Shown here: positions 1-7,529 of the stretch, in pieces | Numbering within the stretch: the first letter of the stretch is position 1 | How the letters are laid out: every line of letters starts with the position of its first letter | Origin: Candidatus Atribacteria bacterium | Lineage (GTDB): Bacteria > Atribacterota > Phoenicimicrobiia > Phoenicimicrobiales > Stramentimicrobiaceae | DNA length: 64,000 nt | Direction of reading: 5' to 3' | Assembly (NCBI GenBank): GCA_029556475.1 | Contig: JAKQEP010000126.1 | Location: forward strand, 2,655 to 66,654 | Notes under the pieces: generated by a model | Seen by the model: the letters and a program-made list of their open reading frames with translations, nothing else | The model's database searches: none | What the model was told of the DNA's origin: nothing | Program-made: the position numbers and the translations under genes

Positions 1-333
1 TTCAGCTTCGCGGTAATACCAGTTGGTATGCTGGTACATCAGGGCAAGATAGTAATGTGCCTCTATAAAATCTGGTTCAATATCTATAGCCTGCTGAGCT
101 AAGTCGATAGCTTCGGTCCACAACTTTCTGCCCGGGTAATTGGCACCCTGATAAGTATCGAGCGCTTCTTCCATCTTTTCTACGGCCTCTTGCAGGTATT
201 CTATAGCTTCAGGACTTGCATTGCTATAGATATAAATGCCCTGTGCCAGAGTGCTGTTTCCAAAAAACAGAAAGAAGATTAAAATCAGAAACACTAGTGG
301 ATAATATCCCATTGCTAACTTATTTTTTTTCAT
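1..333 (-). CDS. Secreted TPR-like repeat protein, 5' part within the window (start codon at 333; the gene runs off the window edge)
   Basis: Reverse-strand translation begins MKKNKLAMGYYPLVFLILIFFLFFGNSTLAQG (signal peptide), then a helical repeat-like region (EAIEYLQEAVEKMEEALDTYQG...IEAHYYLALMYQ). Resembles the TPR-like lipoprotein at 10555..11292. The ORF track shows only a spurious + ORF at 216..413 here. Confidence 0.5.
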   Translation of the reverse strand, partial: MKKNKLAMGYYPLVFLILIFFLFFGNSTLAQGIYIYSNASPEAIEYLQEAVEKMEEALDTYQGANYPGRKLWTEAIDLAQQAIDIEPDFIEAHYYLALMYQHTNWYYREAE

Positions 334-432
334 TTCCATTCTCCTTATTTTCAAATTTATTATTGATTTGTAATTTATATTGTATATTATATTCAAGGTT
401 AAGAAATTTTTAAAAAGTAAAAACTAAAATTA

Positions 433-1938
433 CTATAACTCTTCTTTTAAAATAGAGAGATAGTTTCTCTTAACCAGTTCAAAATCATCCCAGTGTTCTT
501 TGCTGACCGAGCTGGCTGGTGGTATCTTTAGTTCCAGGAAATTAACTTTTTTCCCATTAATACTGATGGAAAAATCAAGATGAGGACCGGTTGCCAGTCC
601 TGTTGCACCCACATAACCGATAACTTCGCCCTGCTCAACTCTTTTTCCCACTTTCAGCCCGTCAGCAAATTTGGAAAGGTGGCCATAACCGGTAGCATAA
701 CCATTGGGGTGTTTTATTTCAATATAGTTTCCATAGCCTCCCTTATCGAAATACCTGGAAGTTACCGTACCAGCTCCAATGGATACCACCGGGGTTCCGG
801 TAGGTGCTGCATAATCAATAGCCCGATGGGGCCGATTTATCCTGAGAATAGGGTGGTATCTGCTCTCAGTGTAATATGAGCTTATGTATTTATAGTTTAG
901 TGGTGCCCTTAAGAATGCCTTCTTGAGACAGCGGCCATCTTTATCATAATAATTTGTGTGTCCATTTGGATCCTGAAAAAGAACGGCAGTATGGGTACTG
1001 AGCATCTCCCCCTCATAGACCGCTGCCAGTATATCTCCCCAGCGGTAAAAATCACCACGGTACAATCTTTCCACCAAAATTTTAAAGGTGTCCCCTGGTT
1101 GACACTCGGTCAGAAAGTCAATATCCCAGGCAAAAATTTCTGCCAGTTGTACTGCTAATTGTCCGGAATTACAATGCTCCATCATTGCCTGATAGAGTGA
1201 ACTTTTTATTCTTCCCTCCATACAGACAATTTCTCTGAATATCTCCTCTTTGGTAACCTCTATATGAGCCAATTCACTATCAGGAATCTTAATATAATAG
1301 GCATCTAATTCGTTTGGCTTATAGTCAAACTGGACAATTTTACCTTCCATATTATAATGTACGGAAAATCTGGTGCCTACATTCAGCCTGCTGATATCTA
1401 CCACAGACTGCACTTTATCACCCAAACGTATAATCTCAGCGGGTTCAATCCCTACCTTAATCAGATGCTCATAGAGTGTTTCCCCTGGATTGAGCATGCC
1501 GGAAACTTTTTTAATATCCACTTTACTATCGGCTTTCTGATATCTAAGACTCAGTCTTTCTATATCTAATCTTTCCTGAGCAGGTTTATCCTCACAAAGA
1601 CAAATCTCATCCCGGTCATATTCCGACTGTGCTGATGCCATATCTTCCTCTGGTTCCAGTTCTGACTCTGAGGTGTGGTATCCTTCAATATCCAAAGCTT
1701 CGCCGGAAAGTTGAGAAGGCTTCTCTTCCTGACTTTCTTCTGAAAATGGTAATTTTAATTGTACTCCAGGGATACCGGTAAATATTTTAATTCCAGCTAA
1801 TATAAAAACAAGGGCAAGGATATAAAACAATCCCTTTTTAGAAAATATTTTACTTTTGCCTGTTGGTAATTCTTTTTTATTTTTAAGCTGATTATGCAGG
1901 CGGCAGATATAGAAAGTGTTGTACTTTTTTATAGACAA
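433..1938 (-). CDS. M23 family metallopeptidase (murein DD-endopeptidase-like) with N-terminal TM anchor and acidic linker
   Basis: The C-terminal segment GYATGYGHLSKF...GEVIGYVGATGLATGPHLDFSISINGKKVNFLEL fits the M23 catalytic domain with the HxH motif region. TTG start with an AAGGAG RBS 8 nt upstream. Confidence 0.85.
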   Translation of the reverse strand: MSIKKYNTFYICRLHNQLKNKKELPTGKSKIFSKKGLFYILALVFILAGIKIFTGIPGVQLKLPFSEESQEEKPSQLSGEALDIEGYHTSESELEPEEDMASAQSEYDRDEICLCEDKPAQERLDIERLSLRYQKADSKVDIKKVSGMLNPGETLYEHLIKVGIEPAEIIRLGDKVQSVVDISRLNVGTRFSVHYNMEGKIVQFDYKPNELDAYYIKIPDSELAHIEVTKEEIFREIVCMEGRIKSSLYQAMMEHCNSGQLAVQLAEIFAWDIDFLTECQPGDTFKILVERLYRGDFYRWGDILAAVYEGEMLSTHTAVLFQDPNGHTNYYDKDGRCLKKAFLRAPLNYKYISSYYTESRYHPILRINRPHRAIDYAAPTGTPVVSIGAGTVTSRYFDKGGYGNYIEIKHPNGYATGYGHLSKFADGLKVGKRVEQGEVIGYVGATGLATGPHLDFSISINGKKVNFLELKIPPASSVSKEHWDDFELVKRNYLSILKEEL

Positions 1939-2099
1939 GCAATGGACTCCTTATTTTGGGATTATCAGTTAATTGTGTCTTCAGGTTCGATATCCATTTT
2001 TGTTATTATAATATAAATTAGTTAATTTTGGCTACCAATAAAAAACAATTTTTAATAGATTAAAGTTTTCAGTTTTCTTTATCTTTTACTTTGTCTTTT

Positions 2100-2600
2100 T
2101 CTTTTATTGGTAAAATCTAAAAACTATTAACCAAAAACCTCTTTCACTTATTCCCACATCTTTTTAACTAACGACCTCTTCCACTTATCCCCACAATGTT
2201 TATAACTATTGTCCAACGACTTATGGCTAATACCCACACTCTTTCTTTCTGTCTTTTTAGCAAAAGCTAAAAACCAAAAACTATGAACTATAAACCTCTT
2301 TCACTTATTCCCACATCTTTTTAACCAAAAACTTATGGTGCTATCAATTCTCCTGGCATAATTGGATGAGATTGCTTCGCTCCCTCCGGTCACTCGCAAT
2401 GACGTGAGGAGGATTATCTTTGTATTTGTATTTTTACCAAATACTAAAAACTATCGTCCAACGACTTATGGCTAATACCCACACTCTTTCTTTCTGTCTT
2501 TTTAGCAAAAGCTAAAAACCAAAAACTATGAACTATAAACCTCTTTCACTTATTCCCACATCTTTTTAACCAACGACCACTTACATTTATACCCACAATT
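2100..2600 (+). repeat. Complex intergenic repeat locus: seven degenerate ~30-nt units (consensus aaCSNCYTCTTYCACTTATYCCCACA) plus a 124-nt direct duplication (2207..2330 and 2453..2576) flanking a unique GC-rich hairpin segment
   Basis: Exact copies of aacctctttcacttattcccacatcttttt at 2136, 2293 and 2538. Variants aacgacctcttccacttatccccaca (2170), aacgacttatggctaatacccacact (2214 and 2460) and aacgaccacttacatttatacccacaat (2572). The unique GC-rich core ccctccggtcactcgcaatgacgtgaggagg lies at about 2380..2412. Confidence 0.7.
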
Positions 2601-2606
2601 ATCCTA

Positions 2607-3758
2607 TCATTGTCCTGTCCTGAGCAGGTTTCTATAGGCTTTAAGAAAATAGCGGTCGGTCATTGAGGCAAGATAGTCTACCACCACTTCTTCCGAAGAA
2701 TATGCCCTTAAATATTGAGCCCCCTTATCTTCACCCCTATTAAATATCCATTCCTGGAAAACAATAGAATCGAACTTTTTCTCCTTTACATCCCGCACGA
2801 AATAGTCAAATAAAAATAAAAAAGCCTTTCTGATTTTCTCTCTTTCCCGTTTCAGTAATTTATTTTCATAGATTCGCTTTAGATTAAATTTTTTCAATAA
2901 AAATACAGATTCAGCAACACCTTCAGAAAACCTTATCTCGTTTTTCCCGTAGGATTGTTCAATAATATCACGCACCAGGGTATTGATTATCTCACTATTA
3001 TTATTTCCAAGCATCTCCTTTACCTTAATTGGTAAATCGCTCTCTTTAACCAAACCTATTCTCACCGCATCTTCAAAATCCTGTCCGATATAGGAAATGG
3101 AATCTGTAATACGAACCAGACACCCTTCTAAAGTTGATGGGAAAGTTATTGCCTCTTCTCCTCTTCTTTTACGATGGATGTAATCCTCTATATCCTCCTC
3201 TCTCTTACCCTTATCTGGACTGACCACCACCTCATTCACCTCTCCATCATGGGAGATGATTCCATCTCTTACCTGGAAAGTCAAATTCATTCCCCTGTTA
3301 GCATCTGAGAGTAGATCAACCACTCTCAAACTCTGCAAATTATGATGAAATAGCCCCAATCCATTCTGCCGGGAGATTTCCTGTAAAAACCGTTCGCCGT
3401 CATGTCCGAAAGGGGCATGACCCAGGTCATGCCCCAGGGCAATGGCTTCAATTAAATCCAGATTGAGTCTCAATACCTTGCCAATAGAACGGGCAATCTG
3501 AGAAACCTGCAAAGTGTGAATACTACGATTGGCAAGTTGTTCATCAAAACTGGCTGCATTATAAATCACCTGTGTCTTCCCGATATAACGGCGAAAAGCG
3601 CCTGAATACAGGATATGATCACGGTCCCGGGCAAAGGCTCCTCTCAACGGGTGGGCTATCGCTACTTTTCGATGGGCATCAATATTTTTAGTAGCAAAGG
3701 GGGAGAGTGCTCTGTCTTCTTTCTTTAGAATTTCATTCTGAAATATTTTATCATCCAT
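2607..3758 (-). CDS. dgt: dGTP triphosphohydrolase-like HD-domain phosphohydrolase (dNTPase)
   Basis: HD motif region ...HDLGHAPFGHDGE... with the overall dGTPase family layout; 383 aa. Confidence 0.8.
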   Translation of the reverse strand: MDDKIFQNEILKKEDRALSPFATKNIDAHRKVAIAHPLRGAFARDRDHILYSGAFRRYIGKTQVIYNAASFDEQLANRSIHTLQVSQIARSIGKVLRLNLDLIEAIALGHDLGHAPFGHDGERFLQEISRQNGLGLFHHNLQSLRVVDLLSDANRGMNLTFQVRDGIISHDGEVNEVVVSPDKGKREEDIEDYIHRKRRGEEAITFPSTLEGCLVRITDSISYIGQDFEDAVRIGLVKESDLPIKVKEMLGNNNSEIINTLVRDIIEQSYGKNEIRFSEGVAESVFLLKKFNLKRIYENKLLKREREKIRKAFLFLFDYFVRDVKEKKFDSIVFQEWIFNRGEDKGAQYLRAYSSEEVVVDYLASMTDRYFLKAYRNLLRTGQ

Positions 3759-3889
3759 ATCTGACCTTTACCATTACCATTGCCATACAGTTAACTGTTA
3801 TCAGTAATATGTAATATATAAATGTAATAAATATTTATCTATATAGTACTGTGTTAATATTTTATCTGATAGAGACAAAAAGCTCAATG

Positions 3890-4570
3890 CTAAGAATGGG
3901 AAGTCTTCTTGTTTAAAAAAGGAGATAAAGGGCATTGTGAACAGAGAGGGTTATTTTTATTGCAGAAATCTTTCCCCAGCATAACCAGCTGGGCATGGAA
4001 TTCGTTGTACACAGAGTGATCCTGAGGTAGATGTACCATAAAGAAGTGTTGAATTTCCTGATAACTTGCTTTAAAAGAAAAATAGTTATGTCGGTGGAAA
4101 ATCCTTCGGGTATAAGCATCTACCACAAAAATTGGTTTGTTACCAGCATAGAGCAGAATACTATCCGCAGTTTCAGGTCCTATACCATTTATTTTTAGCA
4201 ATTCCTCTCTTAAAATCTTCCAGTCAACACTGAATAGTCTTTCCACTGAACCACCATAATTGCGATAGAAAAAATTGATGAAATTCTTCAAGCGTCTGGC
4301 TTTTAGATTATAATAGCCGCAGGATTTAATTATTTTACCAAGAGATTTTTCATCCATATGAAAAAGGGCTGTTACTTCAAGCAGCCCTTCTTCTTTCATT
4401 TTTTCTATGGCTTTGCTTACATTCTGCCAGTTTGTATTCTGGGTTAAGATGGCTCCTACCATTATTTCCAGTGATGACTCGCCTGGCCACCAATGCAGGG
4501 AACCATAAAACTCCAAAAGGACCTGGTGCATTGAGTACAGTTCATTGCTGTTCTTCTGATTAACCATCAT
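3890..4570 (-). CDS. HhH-GPD superfamily DNA glycosylase, endonuclease III-related (COG2231-like) with C-terminal Cys cluster
   Basis: HhH motif LLKINGIGPETADSILLYA and C-terminal CNKNNPLCSQCPL Fe-S-type cysteines. Confidence 0.7.
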   Translation of the reverse strand: MMVNQKNSNELYSMHQVLLEFYGSLHWWPGESSLEIMVGAILTQNTNWQNVSKAIEKMKEEGLLEVTALFHMDEKSLGKIIKSCGYYNLKARRLKNFINFFYRNYGGSVERLFSVDWKILREELLKINGIGPETADSILLYAGNKPIFVVDAYTRRIFHRHNYFSFKASYQEIQHFFMVHLPQDHSVYNEFHAQLVMLGKDFCNKNNPLCSQCPLSPFLNKKTSHS

Positions 4571-4579
4571 TCCCGAGAA

Positions 4580-5632
4580 TTACAAATTATAAAAATCAGC
4601 TAAATGTATATTCTCCAGAAAAGAGACCAGCAGGGAGATAGATGCTTCTATATCATCTATATGACACATCTCCACTACTGAATGGATATAACGGGACGGT
4701 ACAGAGATACCACCGGTAATTACCCCACTGCGGCTCTTTTGCATGGCTCCGGCATCGGTACCTCCTCTTTCCATTACATCCATCTGGTATTTAATGTTAT
4801 TCTTTTCTGCCAGTTCTTTTAAAAACAGATATAACCCACGATGGGCGATCATTGAGGAATTCATCACTGCTATGGCGGTACCCTTGCCCATAGCACATCC
4901 TTTTTCTTCCTCTTTAATACCAGGGGTATCCATAGCCACTGTTACATCCAAAGCAATGCCAAAGTCCGGAGCAATACTATAAGAAGAGGTTATGGCACCT
5001 CTTAAGCCCACTTCCTCCTGAGAAGTGGCTACCGCATAAATATCTACCCGGTGATTTTTTACCCTTTTCACAGCTTCCAGAAGGACATAAACCCCCACCC
5101 TATTATCCAGAGCCAAAGAAGTTACCACTTTATCATTCATTTGTACAAAATTCTGGTCAAAGGTTATAGCATCTCCCGGTTGAATCAGCGCTTCTACCTC
5201 ACTATTTTCTAAACCGACATCTATAAAGAATTCCTTCATAAGGGGTGCCTTCTTTATCTCTTCTTCTCCCAGAACATGAATAGGTTTGGAGCCGATTACT
5301 CCCACCACTTTTTTCTTGCCATGTATAATTACCCTCTGGGCAACTAAGGTTTTGGGGTCAAATCCTCCCACAACTGCAAATCTTATAAATCCATTCTTAT
5401 CAACAGACTTTACCAGAAACCCTATCTGATCCATATGTGCCGCCAGCATCACTTTTTTAGGCACAGAATCCACTTCTTTGTGGCTAGCTTTTTTCAAACC
5501 GATAACATTGCCCAGGCGGTCAATTTCCAACTTATCACAAACACTCTTTAATTCTTCTTCAATAATATCAGTTACCTGATTTTCATAACCGGATATACCG
5601 GGAGCCTCACAGAGTTTTTTTAATAATTCCAT
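4580..5632 (-). CDS. M42 family metallopeptidase (glutamyl aminopeptidase / FrvX-CelM-like)
   Basis: HMDQIGFLV motif and M42 family architecture. Start overlaps the stop of the upstream HIT gene (operon). Confidence 0.8.
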   Translation of the reverse strand: MELLKKLCEAPGISGYENQVTDIIEEELKSVCDKLEIDRLGNVIGLKKASHKEVDSVPKKVMLAAHMDQIGFLVKSVDKNGFIRFAVVGGFDPKTLVAQRVIIHGKKKVVGVIGSKPIHVLGEEEIKKAPLMKEFFIDVGLENSEVEALIQPGDAITFDQNFVQMNDKVVTSLALDNRVGVYVLLEAVKRVKNHRVDIYAVATSQEEVGLRGAITSSYSIAPDFGIALDVTVAMDTPGIKEEEKGCAMGKGTAIAVMNSSMIAHRGLYLFLKELAEKNNIKYQMDVMERGGTDAGAMQKSRSGVITGGISVPSRYIHSVVEMCHIDDIEASISLLVSFLENIHLADFYNL

Positions 5633-5633
5633 T

Positions 5634-6137
5634 TTATATCTCCTTTTCTTTTTCCTCTCTTAGAAAAGCTTCTTTTAATTTTATCATAGCCCGTGCCGGG
5701 TCTTCTACAAATATTTTTGAACCGGCAATAATGTCTACAAAACCTAACTCATTCTTATAACGGGGAACAATATGTAGATGGAGATGTTTTATACTTGCTC
5801 CGGCAGCTTCTCCTAAATTATAACCTATGTTAAAACCTTGAGAATGGTATAATTTTTTCAGTATGTTCATAGAAAAAACTGTCCAGCGATGCATCTCCAT
5901 TACTTCCTCTGATGATAATTCTGACAAATCCTCTATATGACGATTGGGAAAAACCATTAAATGACCGGGATTATAGGGATAGATATTTAATGCTACTGTT
6001 ATTAGACTATTATTATATAAAGATGTATCAGTTACCTTGCTATCACGAGCTACAATGGCACACAAAATACAATCAACCTGTGGACGTTTACCTCTTACGT
6101 AATCTATTTTTGATGGTATAAAAAGATGCTTTCTCAT
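5634..6137 (-). CDS. HIT family nucleotide hydrolase/transferase
   Basis: Histidine triad HLHLHIVPR plus an N-terminal CxxC (DCILCAIV). Confidence 0.7.
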   Translation of the reverse strand: MRKHLFIPSKIDYVRGKRPQVDCILCAIVARDSKVTDTSLYNNSLITVALNIYPYNPGHLMVFPNRHIEDLSELSSEEVMEMHRWTVFSMNILKKLYHSQGFNIGYNLGEAAGASIKHLHLHIVPRYKNELGFVDIIAGSKIFVEDPARAMIKLKEAFLREEKEKEI

Positions 6138-6214
6138 AAATACTCCATCTCATTATTTATTAAAGTTTTTGGAATAAAGGTAAAAAACAGTCATTGGTTG
6201 TTGGTATTTTGTAT

Positions 6215-6306
6215 TTAACTAAAATCCATAAACTATTAACAAAAAACTTTAATAACTAAAAACCACAAACTACAAACCTCTTTCACTTAGTCCCACATCT
6301 TTTAAC
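6215..6306 (+). repeat. Copy of the dispersed intergenic repeat family (ttaactaaaatccataaactattaac ... aacctctttcacttagtcccacatctttt)
   Basis: Near-identical to the locus-1 unit with one substitution (t>g); ttaactaaaatcc word shared with 61844; cattggttgttgg word shared with 17440 and 58515. Confidence 0.55.
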
Positions 6307-7514
6307 TAAGCGCCGTATTTCTCAAGTTTGAGGGCGTTAGCTAACATTAAAGACATGGCCTCTTTTGAGGGAAACCTCCCTAAACCGCCCCTGACAAATT
6401 CGTTTTCACTGAAATGCTGCACATCATCTACCCTTATATATTTTGAATAGAGAAGAAAAGGATTAGGGTGCCAGCTATGAGCAGCCAGGGCTGCCGGTGT
6501 AGAATGGTCACCGGTTACCACCAGTACTTCCGGATTTAGCTCCAGCAAAGCCGGTATATAGCAATCTACCTCCTCAACTACTTTAAGTTTTGCCTCAAAG
6601 TTTCCATCTTCTCCATAACTGTCAGTCTTTTTAATATGGAGGTAGAAGAAATCATATTTATGATAATTTTCTTTTAAAGTGTTAAACTCATCGCCAATTG
6701 CCTCACCGGTATTCAGAATACTCATTCCAACCAATCTGGCTAAACCGCGATACATAGGATAAGAAGCAATGGCGGCAGGGTTAAGTTTAAATAGTTCACC
6801 CATAGAAGGTAGTTCGGGATGTTTGGCTACTCCCCTTAAAAGAATGGCATTCGCCGGGTGATGTCCTTTTAGAACTTCCAGACATCTATCTATAAAACGG
6901 TTAATTATTTGGACACTCCACTTGCTCTCATCTCTCAAGGCTTCAGCATATTTTATCTTTTTGCCATTGAGCTGCGGGTCAGCATCAGAAATTCCGTCTT
7001 CCAACCCTTTACCTCTGAAGACCACCACAAAACGATGCTCTTTACCTGATCTGATTATGACTTTGACCCCATCAATCTCTGTTATCTCTTTTTGTAATAA
7101 AGAGCATAATTCCTGATTTTTCTCTGTGGAGATGCGGCCAGCTCTACGGTCGGTAATCACACCATTTTCATCAATAGTAGCAAAATTTCCCCGGCAGGCA
7201 AGATCATCACAGGTAAGCTCTAACCCTATTCCCAATGCCTCTAAGACACCCCTTCCAATCTGATATTTAAGAGGGTCATAACCAAATAGAGACAGGTGTG
7301 CCGGTCCGCTACCGGGTGTAATTCCCCGGGAAATAGGGTCAGTCAAACCGCATACTGATTTGGCTGCCAATCTATCGAGGTTGGGTATTTCCGCCTGTTC
7401 CAGTACTGTTTTTCCGTCTTTGCCGGGAAGGTCTCCTAAACCATCCATGACTAAAAGAACAATCCTGGAATCTGTTCTTAATGATAGTTCCTTCAATAAA
7501 TTTTCGGTCATCAA
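6306..7514 (-). CDS. apgM: 2,3-bisphosphoglycerate-independent phosphoglycerate mutase, archaeal type (ApgM family metalloenzyme)
   Basis: N-terminal ...IVLLVMDGLGD... and the C-terminal VVTGDHSTP metal-binding region typical of ApgM. Confidence 0.8.
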   Translation of the reverse strand: MMTENLLKELSLRTDSRIVLLVMDGLGDLPGKDGKTVLEQAEIPNLDRLAAKSVCGLTDPISRGITPGSGPAHLSLFGYDPLKYQIGRGVLEALGIGLELTCDDLACRGNFATIDENGVITDRRAGRISTEKNQELCSLLQKEITEIDGVKVIIRSGKEHRFVVVFRGKGLEDGISDADPQLNGKKIKYAEALRDESKWSVQIINRFIDRCLEVLKGHHPANAILLRGVAKHPELPSMGELFKLNPAAIASYPMYRGLARLVGMSILNTGEAIGDEFNTLKENYHKYDFFYLHIKKTDSYGEDGNFEAKLKVVEEVDCYIPALLELNPEVLVVTGDHSTPAALAAHSWHPNPFLLYSKYIRVDDVQHFSENEFVRGGLGRFPSKEAMSLMLANALKLEKYGA

Positions 7515-7529
7515 AGCTATACTCTCCTT

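Noticed and set aside
216-413. 65-aa + strand ORF at the window start
   Set aside because: Lies antisense within the partial TPR-like gene (1..333, minus strand) and its upstream region, with no RBS. Similar antisense ORFs inside larger genes (580..879, 8542..8874, 16932..17279, 30154..30603, 53432..53731 and others) were also treated as spurious frame shadows.
2100-2600. Possible CRISPR array (regularly recurring ~30-nt units containing CCCACA)
   Set aside because: Repeat units are degenerate (multiple variants), spacing is irregular (34 to 167 nt), and the intervening 'spacer' is itself duplicated (124-nt block twice). No cas genes in the window. The same units are dispersed singly at other loci.
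2136-2600. DnaA-box cluster / chromosomal origin (units contain TTATNCCCACA resembling TTATCCACA)
   Set aside because: Boxes carry two extra C relative to the DnaA consensus. The same units occur at five other loci within 64 kb. No dnaA, dnaN or gyrB nearby and no obvious AT-rich DUE arrangement specific to this locus.
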